DNA of 64,000 nt from Octopus sinensis (GCF_006345805.1 NC_043004.1:54250001-54314000); one strand, 5' to 3'; shown: positions 26,868-40,045, counted from the first letter of the stretch. Numbers and translations are program-made. The notes: generated by a model not told the origin, from the sequence alone.

Positions 26868-26903
26868 TATTTATCAAAAGAAAAACAGGATGCAAAGGAT
26901 TTA

Positions 26904-26990
26904 GCGGTACATATGTTTCTGGCATAATTGAACTGTTTATATCAATGCATAATTGATGTAACATGTATGTCAATAGCCTTCTTCAGCCGC
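26904..26990 (-). ncRNA. Type I hammerhead motif, copy 2
   Basis: As above with a perfect ACATATGT palindrome and a GUA site; A:A mismatch at the base of stem II. Confidence 0.65.
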
Positions 26991-27235
26991 GCACAATTAC
27001 CACACCAAAGACATGTATTACATTATAGCTATGCATATATATTCTTTTACCTGTTTCAGTCATTTTGAATGCAGCCATGAAACAGTACTACCTTTAGTCG
27101 AGCACGTCGGTTCCAGAACATATTCTTTGTAAGCCTAGTACTTATCCTATCGGGCCACTTTTGCCGAACCGCTAGCATCCGTTATCAAATGATGTTGGGC
27201 TTACAGAGCATATAAACACACGCACACACACATAC

Positions 27236-27280
<45 letters not shown>

Positions 27281-27530
27281 ATATATATAACGACGGGTTT
27301 CTTTCAGTTTCCGCCTACCCAATCCACTCACAAGGATTTGGTCGGTCCGAGGCTATAATAGAAAACACTTGCCAAAGGTGCTACGAATGGGACTGAACCT
27401 GAAACCATGTCATTGTTAAGCAAGCTACTCCTGCGCTATATGTATGTGTGTGTGTGTTTGTGTATACACATAGATATATGCATATATATACATATACATA
27501 TCTATATATATAAATATCTATATATATATA

Positions 27531-27571
<41 letters not shown>

Positions 27572-27779
27572 TTATATTAAATTAGAGATAAAACCACTAT
27601 TAGGCAAATCAAACAGTGAAAATCATACGCCAATATATAGAAATAAAATTGATTAAAAATATATAAAAATATATAAAATATAAATATAAAAACCCATTAA
27701 AATATTTAAATTAAAGTTAAAATTTTTTTTAATTATTTAATTTAATATTTAAACTTATAACTTATAATATATATATTTT

Positions 27780-27837
27780 TATTATTATTTTATTTAATTA
27801 TTTATTTTTATATATATTATATATATATATATATATA

Positions 27838-27877
<40 letters not shown>

Positions 27878-28131
27878 AATATATATACACATATATATAT
27901 GTATACACACACACACAACATATATATATATATATATAATATATATATATAATATATATTCATATATATATAAATATCTATATATACAAAAAGATAGATA
28001 GATAGATGCATATACATACATATATATATATGCATACACATATATCTATCAATATTATCTATCTATCTATGTATATTATATAGATAGATAGATAGATAGA
28101 TAGATAGATGTTTATATATATAGATATATGT

Positions 28132-28175
<44 letters not shown>

Positions 28176-29429
28176 GTGTGTATGCGTATGTGCCTGTGTG
28201 TATGCGACCGGCTTCTTTCAGTTTCCATTAGCCAAATCCGCTCACAAATTATTAATGTTGCCCCTACTGATAAATCAATGTTAGATCCTTTGTGAGTGTG
28301 CACAATACATCTGTATAGCATGACGCGGAATTACAGGTAAAAGGAAGCAGAACTGCTGTGATGTTTTTATATTTGTCAAAACGTAATCGAAGTAAACTTG
28401 TGCCAAACGTAAGCCAAAATGGGGTCATGGTCTTGTGACTCGCCAGAAGTTGATTTCTTACTTTACAGCAATCGCCACTGCTCACTGATCGATAATGCAC
28501 AGAAAACGATATAATTTGTCAGAGATAGATTCGCAATATCTTTCATTCATTTTTCATTTCCTCTTCCGATTTTTTTTTTACCCCGGCACCAACCATGATT
28601 GAAATTAGAATCCCAGAAATTTAGTAAAACAACGCGAAAAAAGAAAAAATTACATTGAAAGAAATAAAAGATATAGAACAAATAATTAGAAAAAATACAG
28701 AAAATAAAATAAAAAGTAAAATTAAGCAGCAATAAAAAAAAAGTTCTGCTAACTTTATCAGTTCATTAGTAACACAAACACTAAGGATGTCTTTGATATT
28801 TCACGTGAAGGATGAGTTCTTTGACACCCGCGGCACTTCAATGCTTTCTCTTTAATTAAATATCCTGCAACATCCATCAAATGGAATTGGTTTCTTCCAA
28901 TCTCTATCTCTCTCTCTCTCTCTCTCTTCCCTCACACTCCCTTTATCCCTCTTTGTTGCCAACACACAGGCACACACACACGCACGTACGTATACGCACT
29001 ACACAATATTTCTTTTGCCTTTCAGTTGCTTGATTCTGGAAACATGACATTTTCTCCAAACCTGTTGATTCTCCAATTCTCAAGATCACACGTTCAATTC
29101 CATTATATTTTACCGAGAATTTGTTTTGCTTCGTTTTTTTTTGTTTTTTTTTGTCTTTTATTTTGTGTTCATAGTCTTTTATTGACTTTTTCTGTCATTT
29201 TCCTTATTTTTGTAATTTTACGTAAATATTATTTACTTCACTAATTGTGATTGTTGATGTTGCTACAGTCGTTAGAAAATGCACTTGTGCATGCACTCAC
29301 GTACACACATGTATGCATGAGTGTATATACTTTATGCATATATATATACATTTATAATATATATATATTTTTATTATTATTTTATTTAATTATTTATTTT
29401 TATATATATTATATATATATATATATATA

Positions 29430-29469
<40 letters not shown>

Positions 29470-29488
29470 TACACATATATATATGTAT

Positions 29489-29521
<33 letters not shown>

Positions 29522-29714
29522 ATATATATATATAATATATATTCATATATATATAAATATCTATATATACAAAAAGATAGATAGATAGATGCATATACAT
29601 ACATATATATATATGCATACACATATATCTATCAATATTATCTATCTATCTATGTATATTATATAGATAGATAGATAGATAGATAGATAGATGTTTATAT
29701 ATATAGATATATGT

Positions 29715-29758
<44 letters not shown>

Positions 29759-30940
29759 GTGTGTATGCGTATGTGCCTGTGTGTATGCGACCGGCTTCTT
29801 TCAGTTTCCATTAGCCAAATCCGCTCACAAATTATTAATGTTGCCCCTACTGATAAATCAATGTTAGATCCTTTGTGAGTGTGCACAATACATCTGTATA
29901 GCATGACGCGGAATTACAGGTAAAAGGAAGCAGAACTGCTGTGATGTTTTTATATTTGTCAAAACGTAATCGAAGTAAACTTGTGCCAAACGTAAGCCAA
30001 AATGGGGTCATGGTCTTGTGACTCGCCAGAAGTTGATTTCTTACTTTACAGCAATCGCCACTGCTCACTGATCGATAATGCACAGAAAACGATATAATTT
30101 GTCAGAGATAGATTCGCAATATCTTTCATTCATTTTTCATTTCCTCTTCCGATTTTTTTTTTACCCGGCACCAACCATGATTGAAATTAGAATCCCAGAA
30201 ATTAGTAAAACAACGCGAAAAAAGAAAAAATTACATTGAAAGAAATAAAAGATATAGAACAAATAATTAGAAAAAATACAGAAAATAAAATAAAAAGTAA
30301 AATTAAGCAGCAATAAAAAAAAAGTTCTGCTAACTTTATCAGTTCATTAGTAACACAAACACTAAGGATGTCTTTGATATTTCACGTGAAGGATGAGTTT
30401 TCTTTGACACCCGCGGCACTTCAATGCTTTCTCTTTAATTAAATATCCTGCAACATCCATCAAATGGAATTGGTTTCTTCCAATCTCTATCTCTCTCTCT
30501 CTCTCTCTCTTCCCTCACACTCCCTTTATCCCTCTTTGTTGCCAACACACAGGCACACACACACGCACGTACGTATACGCACTACACAATATTTCTTTTG
30601 CCTTTCAGTTGCTTGATTCTGGAAACATGACATTTTCTCCAAACCTGTTGATTCTCCAATTCTCAAGATCAACACGTTCAATTCATTATATTTTACCGAG
30701 AATTTGTTTTGCTTCGTTTTTTTTTGTTTTTTTTTTGTCTTTTATTTGTGTTCATAGTCTTTTATTGACTTTTTCTGTCATTTTCCTTATTTTTGTAATT
30801 TTACGTAAATATTATTTACTTCACTAATTGTGATTGTTGATGTTGCTACAGTCGTTAGAAATGCACTTGTGCATGCACTCACGTACACACATGTATGCAT
30901 GAGTGTATATACTTTATGCATATATATATACATTTAATAT
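27780..30940. repeat. Tandem duplication, period ~1.58 kb
   Basis: ~27780-29350 recurs at ~29370-30940, differing mostly by homopolymer indels. Confidence 0.88.
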
Positions 30941-30947
30941 ATATATA

Positions 30948-30989
<42 letters not shown>

Positions 30990-31199
30990 TGTACATATAC
31001 ATATGTATATATAAATATACATGGTTTTATAAAATAAATATATATATATATATATATATATCTATGCTTGTGTGTGTGTGTATACATACATATATATATG
31101 ATACATATGTATGTACATTATATAAATATGTTTACTACTCCGTGTCTTTCTTTCTCTCTCTGTATCTGTGTGCGTGAATATATATATATAATATATATA

Positions 31200-31243
<44 letters not shown>

Positions 31244-32227
31244 GTATATACACGCACACACATAGAAATATAAGTATGAATGCATACGGGTAAGTATGTA
31301 TGTGCACACGCAAGGGCAAACGCACGCAGATTGTCTTTTACACTCACATGACAACAAATACATCAAGCTACGCTGTGATATTTACAACACCCAACGATCA
31401 TGAGATCTCAAGTTTTATTTCAATACATATATTTATTATTCTTGCTCCTGGCCCTAGTAGTAACATTCATCCTTTGTTAGGCAAGGATAATCAATACATG
31501 TGTAGCATGTGTGTGTGTGTGTGGGTAAGCGAGTGTCTGCCTGTGTATGCAGACTTGGAAACAGTGTAATCGTGCTTATGTGTCAGAAAAGCGTGTCTTT
31601 CTCCTATGTGTGAGACAGTCTCTGGTTTTATAGGTGCGCGTGTGTTTGTGCTTGTGTCACGTTTCCCAGTTTCCTTATTTCTATTATCATTTTGCCTTTT
31701 CCTGTTTTTTTTTTTTTACTGCCAGACAAATGAGCGTGATTTCGTTCATGATGGTAAAGGGAGATTATCCTGAGACATAGATTATTGTTAAACGAAATCA
31801 AACTAAAACTGTATTTCTAAAGAAAAATATTATTTACTCCTTACTCTTTACTCTTTTACTTGTTTCAGTCATTTGACTGCGGCCATGCTGGAGCACCGCC
31901 TTTAGTCGAGCAAATCGACCCCGGGACTTATTCTTTGTAAGCCCAGTACTTATTCTATCGGTCTCTTTTGCCGAACCGCTAAGTGACGGCGACGTAAACA
32001 CACCAGCATCGGTTGTCAAGCAATGCTAGGGGGACAAACACAGACACACAAACACACACAAACATATATATATATATACATATATACGACAGGCTTCTTT
32101 CAGTTTCCGTCTACCAAATCCACTCACAAGGCATTGGTCGGCCCGGGGCTATAGCAGAAGACACCTGCCCAAGATGCCACGCAGTGGGACTGAACCCGGA
32201 ACCATGTGGTTGATTAGCAAGCTACTT

Positions 32228-34310
32228 TATTTCATTTAATTTGCCACAAGGGCAGTACACAGATAGTAGCTACGGGCTGGACATAGACATTAATGAATGA
32301 TGGTGATGGAATGAAGATGGTGATGGGAGAAGACGAAAGCGCCCGCCGACCCCCGCTTCTCTAAAACAATGTTCTTTTTTCAATAATTTTACAAAATTTT
32401 CAAAATTTCACAAAAATACAAAAATTCCAAATTTTACAAATCACAATTTCAAAAGTTTTTCCAGAGGCAATAAACCTCCATCACAATATAACACAAATAC
32501 GGGTTCACGTTACCCGACCGATGAACGCTCTTGCTTTATTGACGCAATCGTTCGTCGTCAGGCCCCCGCATACAGGTATAATTTGATAGGAGTCCTCCGG
32601 GAAAGACTTCTCGAACCTGCACCGATCGTCATGGAGTAGGACCTCCGCAGCCAGCTGCGAAGGCCACTCGGGACACTCCATGCAGGACCGGAGTCCCTCC
32701 CATTGGTTTCTCTTCCTCATTTTACCTATTTCATCTTCTATTGTTCCTCCTTTGTAGGAGAGGACTACATAATATTTCTCCGGCCACACAATCACAAACG
32801 GCGGAGGAGACACTGGAGACGCCGTCTGCGTGTTACAATCCGCTGGCGGCGTTCCGTTTCTCTTCTTTCTTTTTTTCTTTTTACCGTGGGCCACGGGAGG
32901 TTGAGGTTCCGGTGTTGCACACGCCGGATCCACTCTGTCTCCCGTAGCTTCCTGTCTTTTAGTGGGTCACCATTGTTCCCCACTTTTCGTTTTCTCGTTG
33001 AGGAAGTCTCCGCTTCCTCGTTCTGTTTCTCTCCCTCTATTGGTGGGGCAGGGAGAGGCTCCGATATCAACTTCTCCAGGCCTACTTTGGTCCCTGGGGC
33101 ATTTCTTCTTAATGTGGCCGGTCTGCGAACACAGGTGACACTTGGGGGCGCGTCCCTCTAGCATCACCGGATACTTGGACCTGGCCATCTTCAGGAAGTC
33201 CGGCAAAACCAGACTCTTGGCCGACTGGGTCCACAGAGTCAAAGTAGCCTTTCCTCCTTCCCAGTTAGCCTCAGGCTGCATTTTCACATTCAGGATCTTG
33301 GCGCTACCACCGCTCAGACCCCGGCGGATGGAATCTTCCATCCACTCGGGCTCAAAGCCGGGCGGCAGGCCACAGACCCATAAACGTAACAATTTTTCCC
33401 CCTTGTAACTGGGGAGAAACAGAATCTCATCGCCCTCAATGGGCTGGCTTGCAAATTTGCAAGCTGCTTCAGCGGAGTCAAATAGCAACCATACCGTTGC
33501 GTATTTGACTCCCCGTTGAATATGTTTAACGGCTGGCATATAGTCTGCCAGCTCGTTCACAATGGTGTCTCTCGGAAAAACCATTATGGTGTCGAGTGAC
33601 TTTGAATATGTCCTCAACACCACGGTCTTTTCCTCGAGTTCGTGCAAATATTTTTTGGGAGGTGTTAATTCCCACACAGTGAAATTCTTTGCCTTTGCCA
33701 TAACGTAAAATACAACAGTTCAAAATGATAAACTAAAATTAGCCACAGAAAGGAGAATGAAAAAATGCAACAGAAGGGAAGAAATAAAATTAAAAATGGC
33801 AGTTCAAAAAAGTTTTTACAAATAAATAATAGACAGAGAAAGAGAGTTCAATTCAGACAAAGGAATTCAGTTCTTTTTTTTTTTTTTTTCCACTTCTTCG
33901 GCCAAAAATTGTAATCCAGGCCAAATGCACTGTTGGTAAAACCCTTGGTAAATAATCCTTGGTAATCCGTGGACAACACAACGACAATTTCAACAATAAT
34001 TTTTTCAGACGGACTATGCCGCTTCAAAAATACAATTTCTTTTCACTCGACACAGGCAGAAAAATTATATCTGGAGCAAAGTGGAGCCTTATTATTTGCT
34101 AAAAAATATTAAATGCTAAAAAACATTCATGCAAGTAATAAAACTTCACTAAACTCGCAAAAACATAAAACGCCTACCCGTAGTCGATTCGAACGTTGAA
34201 ACAACGCGATATCAATACAATTTTCTTTCCACTCGAGTCGAAAGTTCAATAATTCACGTTGAAACAACGTTCATCTGGAGCAGCAAAAAAACACGTCCGA
34301 ACAGTTCAGA
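32228..34310 (-). mobile_element. ORF1-only Tx1-derived element (~2.08 kb)
   Basis: 5' end TCTGAACTG, ~600-bp 5' UTR, ORF1, no APE or RT, 3' end CCCTTGTGGCAAATTAAATGAAAT resembling the other Tx1 3' ends here. Confidence 0.75.
32967..33701 (-). CDS. Tx1-type ORF1 protein (RRM-like region + CCHC knuckle); probably continues through frameshifts to 32505
   Basis: 244 aa, CHLCSQTGHIKKKC; FLPSYKGEKLLRLWVCGLP parallels LTPSYRGQKVTKITLNNVP of the ORF at 54074-55147. Confidence 0.8.
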   Translation of the reverse strand: MAKAKNFTVWELTPPKKYLHELEEKTVVLRTYSKSLDTIMVFPRDTIVNELADYMPAVKHIQRGVKYATVWLLFDSAEAACKFASQPIEGDEILFLPSYKGEKLLRLWVCGLPPGFEPEWMEDSIRRGLSGGSAKILNVKMQPEANWEGGKATLTLWTQSAKSLVLPDFLKMARSKYPVMLEGRAPKCHLCSQTGHIKKKCPRDQSRPGEVDIGASPCPTNRGRETERGSGDFLNEKTKSGEQW

Positions 34311-34341
34311 GGTTAGGAAGCCACTTACCACACAGCCACTC

Positions 34342-35667
34342 TGCAGTAGCCAAGACCTGGTCTTGGCGGTGGCTATCCCTGAAAGGGAGGGCGGAGGTGG
34401 CCAATGTGTTCATTGCATCGGTTATCACCTACCGCCTTTCCGTCGTTCCTTGCCCTGATTCGTGGTTGATCAAGTTGGAAAGACAGCTCTTCTACTTCTT
34501 GTGGAAGGGCGGGAAACCACTTGTGAAACGCTCTACTTGCTGTCAACAACCGTTAAAGGGTGGGCTAGGGATGCCTTGGCTGATGATGCGCAGACATGCG
34601 CTGAGGTTAAGACATCTGTGGCTCTACCTGGATGGTGAACGGTGTGGTCTTCGCTAGCAAAACTGATGTTTCCCAAGTTCACTAGTTTCGGTGGATGGGA
34701 AACCTGGCTGAATCGTAGATCGAAACTTGGTACTTGGTACACGGAGTGTCGCAAGGCTCTCCTGCTATTCCGTCGCTCGGGCAACGCCTGCGGTGGGGGT
34801 TCCACCACACTCTTCTATAGAGGGTCGGTAGAGGCGGAATGTGAAGATACCTTGGGGGAAACCCTAGGTCTCGACGATAATCAGCTGGCCAGTCTGTTCC
34901 GACGTACGTTCGAGCCGAGGACACTGGACAACTTCCAGAAGTCTTTGGCATGGCAATGCTACAGAGGAGCTCTACCTGTTCGGGATAAACTCGCAAGGCA
35001 CGGTGGCCAAGACAGTCCGATATGTCCAAGATGCGGGCGGGATAGGGAAACCGTCCCGCACGCTATTGTTCATTGTCCGGACGTGTCTGAGGTGTGGGTT
35101 TATGCCGAACAGCTGTTGTCAGGTACACGAAGAGTACAGCTGTCGACTGAGTCGATTACAAAAATTGACCCACCGGATTTCCTCGTGAATGAAGGTAAGT
35201 TTCGTTTTCTCGTTGTAGTAGCAATTGCGAAAGAAGTGATATGGAAGACGAGAATGAAAGGTTTACAGTCAGGCAAGTTCATCTCCGGCCCTGGTTTGAT
35301 GAATTACTTCATCTTTCACCTGAAAAGGAAGATAGGGCTGGAGAGAATACGCCTGACTAGGAGAGTGTATGAAGAACGATGGAAGGATGTAGCACGAAAG
35401 TTGCGAATGAAAGTCACAACATAAATGTAATACCAAGTGCAACCAAAGGTATCAGTGGGGAGGCGGGGCTCGTGGGGTCCGAGCTGAACCCGCACCCACT
35501 CCATCTGTAATGTCTTCCGGTCTATTCCATCATCCGATTTTGTGTGTATTTTTGTAATTTCATGATATTTTTAAAACCGTTTTTGTGTAAAAACCATTCG
35601 TATGTCTGACCCCAAATCAGATTGTTTTGTCCCCTCTATGTTCGCCCCTTGTGGGTAATAATAAAAT
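34342..35667 (+). mobile_element. 5'-truncated Tx1-clade LINE (ORF2 C-terminus + 3' UTR) with a 20-bp target-site duplication
   Basis: LSLKGRAEVANVFIAS...FQKSLAWQCYRGALPVRDKL...CPRCGRDRETVPHAIVHC; flanked by CACTTACCACACAGCCACTC at 34322-34341 and 35668-35687. Confidence 0.9.
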
Positions 35668-35687
35668 CACTTACCACACAGCCACTC

Positions 35688-37004
35688 TGCAGTAGCCAAG
35701 ACCTGGTCTTGGCGGTGGCTATCCCTGAAAGGGAGGGCGGAGGTGGCCAATGTGTTCATCGCATCGGTTATCACCTACCGCCTTTCCGTCGTTCCTTGCC
35801 CTGATTCGTGGTTGATCAAGTTGGAAAGACAGCTCTTCTACTTCTTGTGGAAGGGCGGGAAACCACTTGTGAAACGCTCTACTTGCTGTCAACAACCGTT
35901 AAGGGTGGGCTAGGATGCCTTGGCTGATGATGCGCAGACATGCGCTGAGGTTAAGACATCTGTGGCTCTACCTGGATGGTGAACGGGTGTGGTCTTCGCT
36001 AGCAAAACTGATGTTTCCCAAGTTCACTAGTTCGGTGGATGGGAAACCTGGCTGAATCGTAGATCGAAACCTGGTACTTGGTACACGGAGTGTCGCAAGG
36101 CTCTCCTGCTATTCCGTCGCTCGGGCAACGCCTGCGGTGGGGGTTCCACCACACTCTTCTATAGAGGGTTGGTAGAGGCGGAATGTGAAGATACCTTGGG
36201 GGAAACCCTAGGTCTCGACGATAATCAGCTGGCAGTCTGTTCCGACGTACGTTCGAGCCGAGGACACTGGACAACTTCCAGAAGTCTTTGGCATGGCAAT
36301 GCTACAGAGGAGCTCTACCTGTTCGGGATAAACTCGCAAGGCACGGTGGCCAAGACAGTCCGATATGTCCAAGATGCGGGCGGGATAGGGAAACCGTCCC
36401 GCACGCTATTGTTCATTGTCCGGACGTGTCTGAGGTGGGGTTTATTGCCGAACAGCTGTTGTCAGGTACACGAAGAGTACAGCTGTCGACTGAGTCGATT
36501 ACAAAAATTGACCCACGGATTTCCTCGTGAATGAAGGTAAGTTTCGTTTTCTCGTTGTAGTAGCAATTGCGAAGAAGTGATATGGAAGACGAGAATGAAA
36601 GGTTTACAGTCAGGCAAGTTCATCTCCGGCCTGGTTTGATGAATTACTTCATCTTTCACCTGAAAAGGAAGAGGGCTGGAGAGAATACGCCTGACTAGGA
36701 GAGTGTATGAAGAACGATGGAAGGATGTAGCACGAAAGTTGCGAATGAAAGTCACAACATAAATGTAATACCAAGTGCAACCAAAGGTATCAGTGGGGAG
36801 GCGGGGCTCGTGGGTTCCGAGCTGAACCCGCACCCACTCCATCTGTAATGTCTTCCGGTCTATTCCATCATCCGATTTTGTGTGTATTTTTGTAATTTCA
36901 TGATATTTTAAAAACCGTTTTTGTGTAAAAACCATTCGTATGTCTGACCCCAAATCAGATTGTTTGTCCCCTCTATGTTCGCCCCTTGTGGGTAATAATA
37001 AAAT
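35688..37004 (+). mobile_element. Tandem second copy of the same truncated Tx1 fragment
   Basis: Identical truncation point, many single-base indels, followed by a third copy of the 20-mer at 37005-37024. Confidence 0.85.
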
Positions 37005-38139
37005 CACTTACCACACAGCCACTCCTGCTCAAATATATGCTTAAAATCTTCGATATTTTATATGTATTTTCCAGTTTCATAAATTCGAGGTTTTCTGGGC
37101 TGCGAGCTGTTTTCAGGATGGACAGATACATGAAACTTTGTTATTTGAATTACTCCCTTATAGGAATGTCCTTCGATTAGTTACTTTTACTGTACTTCTA
37201 TCACTCTTCAATCTATCTAAATGGTCTCAGCATGTATTCCACTTCATAGATCAAAACTTTGTGACACTTATTGTTTAATTTAAGTTAGCAATTCCAGTCC
37301 AGATTTTCATTAAAGCTGATGGAGCTGATTTGCAGTGGACGTTGTATCATAGGTACCTTTTTTATCTTAAACGTATTCAGCCAATCAAACTGCTGTGTTC
37401 GAGCAGGTTTGTTTTGTGGAATCACCATGCCGGATATGTGGTTTTTCAGAAATAAGTCGTCGACTGTTTTCACCTACTTAGTTTCGCCCCTGAAATTGAT
37501 ACATCAAAAACTGAGCACTCCCGAACCTTATAAGTACTTATATTTTCATTATTAAACTAGAATTAATACGGTCCTTCACTAGTTTCACGCCGTCAACTTC
37601 ATCATTAATTCCTATCGGTATTGTAACCAAATACTGCAGCATTTACTTCAGAATCCGTTTGGGACTTTCCAGCAAACTGTATGAAAACTAATATATTTCC
37701 ATTTAGTCGACTCTGGAAACAACGATACTGTATCAGGATAGTGGCTTATATTCGTTTTAAATGCAGCAAGCTGTCACGAATTGTCAACTAGAGTAACAGA
37801 ACAAGTATTACTGGTCTTTGAATTAAACGCATGGTTAAAGACATTTCATTTGTTATTCTTTTCACATTTGCTCTGACGTCAACCATATATTTTGTAACTA
37901 ATTGGGTTTTTTTTTTATAGTTATTAAGTTATGTTGTTAATTTCTGTTGCTGAGTTAAAATGAATCTGCGCTGTCCATCGTTAGGGTTTACGTGTTTATA
38001 GTTGGAGTAACATGATAAAGCATCAGCAATATTTCCGATGACTAATGCAATTATCTCCTTAGTTGTAGATGCATTCTGCACATTTAAACCACACACATTT
38101 ATAATCTTCATTTCACAATATCATGCATGCCACCAGGGA

Positions 38140-38700
38140 GCGGGGGTGAGCTGGCAGATTTGTCAACACCACGGGAAAAATGCTTAGCAGCATTTCCTCA
38201 GACATTACGATCTGTGTTCAAATTCTGCCGAGGTCGAATTTGCCTCTGTCATTTTGGAGTTGATAAGTACCTGTTGAACACTGAGGTCGATGTAATCGAC
38301 ATATTCACTCTCCCCAAGTTGCTGGCTGTGTGCCAAAATGTGAAACGAATATTATGTATGTCATCAGGGCAGAGTGCTGACAATAGTCGTTAACATGCCG
38401 GGCAGAATGCTTGGTGGTATTTCGTCTGTCGCTACGTTCTGAGTTCAAATTCCGCCGAGGTCGACTTTACATTTCATCCTTTCGGGGTCGATTAAATAAG
38501 TACCGGTTACGCACTGGGGTCGATCTCATCGACTTAATTCATTTGTATGTCCTTGTTTGTTCTCTCTGTATTTAGCCCCTGGTAGGTAATAAAGGAATAG
38601 GTATTTCGCCTGTCTTATGTTCTGAACTCAAATTCCGTCGATGATGTAATTGACTTACCCGTCCACCAAAAGTGCTGACCTTGTGCCAAAATTTGAAATC
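38140..38700 (+). mobile_element. Cluster of two to three family B SINE copies
   Basis: Repeated GTTCAAATTC.GCCGAGGTCGA body at ~38215, ~38445 and ~38625. Confidence 0.75.
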
Positions 38701-38904
38701 AATATTATGCATGCCATCATATTTTTCGTTTTAAGCTTAAGAACTACAAAAACTTTCAACACAGTTTGAAATTATTTGTTTCTTTGAAGTTTTAATCACT
38801 AAGAAATCATTTATATTTGATATCATTAGGTACTGAAGTATGTCGAGAGTGGTATTCTGTTAATTACTACCATGACTAAAACTAGTATTTCAGTTATAAT
38901 TTGT

Positions 38905-39300
38905 TTTGGTCTCCACGGTTCCGGGTTCAGTCCCACTACATGGTACCTTGGACAAGTGTCTCCCCCTATAGCTTCGAGCCGACATAAGCCTTGTGAGTGA
39001 ATTTGATAAACAGAAACTGAAGAAATCCGTCGTGTGTATGTGTATGTGTGTGCGTGTATGTGTGTTTGACATGTGTGTGCGCACGCGCATCTTTATGCGT
39101 GTTTGACTCCTCACCACCGCTTGACAGCTGGTGTGTGTGTGTGTGTTCATATTCCTGTAATTTGGCGGTTCTGCAAAAGAAAACGACAGAATAAGAATTC
39201 GACTTTAAAACAATATAAATAGTGAGATCAATTTATGTGACTAAAAATCCTTAAAGGCAATGCCCCGGCATGGCCGCAGGGTAATGGCTGAAACAATAAA
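38905..39300 (+). mobile_element. SINE family C, diverged
   Basis: GGTTCCGGGTTCAGTCCCAC B-box region, internal (TG)n, 3' body ending CTGAAACAATAAAAG. Confidence 0.75.
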
Positions 39301-39899
39301 AGAAAAATTACTTAAGGAAAGTACATGCTTATTTTTAAGGCAATAAAGGTGTTATTTGAAGGAGACGTGACTGCTATTTCTAGCAGGTTGAATTCTAACA
39401 TGGCGGTGACTTTATTCGTACCCTAATTCTATCATATAACTACAAGAAACGAACCACAGTAAAATTTCGTTTATCTGCGACACCAGCTGTATGTAACGTA
39501 GTAATTAAATATTCAATACATGTAGTAATTAAGAAAATATTGTAAAATATGGCTGACAGTCTGATCAATAATATTATGGTTATTAATTATAATTGATTAG
39601 TTAATATTGATTTGTGTATTTAATGAGATTCTATCTCATTGACATGTCTGGCAAGGTGGCCGGCGTAATAGGACTAAATATATTGCAATACAGGTCGGTG
39701 GACTTGTATTATAGTAGCAAACTATTAATAATATAACCACTCATAGTTGTAATAATAATAACTATGATGATGATGATGAGGAGGAGGAGGAGGAGGATGG
39801 TGGTGGTGGTGGTGATGTTGATGATCATGATGATGATACTGAAGTTCATGATGGTGAGGTAGAAGAGAATCGTTTTCATTTTAACGGTAATGCCCGGGA

Positions 39900-40045
39900 G
39901 AGCTCCTAAAGAAAGTTTGTGTCTTAGGGACAGCAAGGATTATCAGGAAGGTTCTAACCACTTGAAAGACTGCTGAAGATAGGAGTAACCCGCTGCCCGC
40001 ATAAATGCTACCAGGAATAAGACTGAAATTGAGCCGCAACAACAT
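39900..40045 (+). mobile_element. 3' end of another Dong-like family (related copy at ~44745-44900)
   Basis: KVCVLGTARIIRKVL C-terminus, shared GGAGTAACCCGCT...CTACCAGGAATAA 3' UTR, (AAT)n tail. Confidence 0.65.

Larger units (their letters stand above)
25050..28090. repeat. Tandem duplication, period ~1.66 kb
   Basis: ~25050-26400 recurs at ~26715-28090, differing mostly by indels. Confidence 0.85.
31835..37030 (-). mobile_element. SINE family C split by nested insertions (body 31835-32227; head remnants 34311-34341 and 37005-37030)
   Basis: Compared with the intact copy at 62125-62605 (CAAGCTACTTACCACACAGCCACTCC), the sequence breaks after CAAGCTACTT at 32227 and resumes as ACCACACAGCCACTC at 34327 and again at 37010. 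Confidence 0.85.

Noticed and set aside
37575-37610. ATGATGA...GAAACTAGTG on the minus strand
   Set aside because: C3 is lost, position 17 is G, and stems I and II do not pair; at most a dead remnant.
37285-38111. Short minus-strand ORFs of normal complexity (62 and 60 aa)
   Set aside because: Could be decayed transposon coding sequence, but I recognise no motif; needs a BLASTX search.
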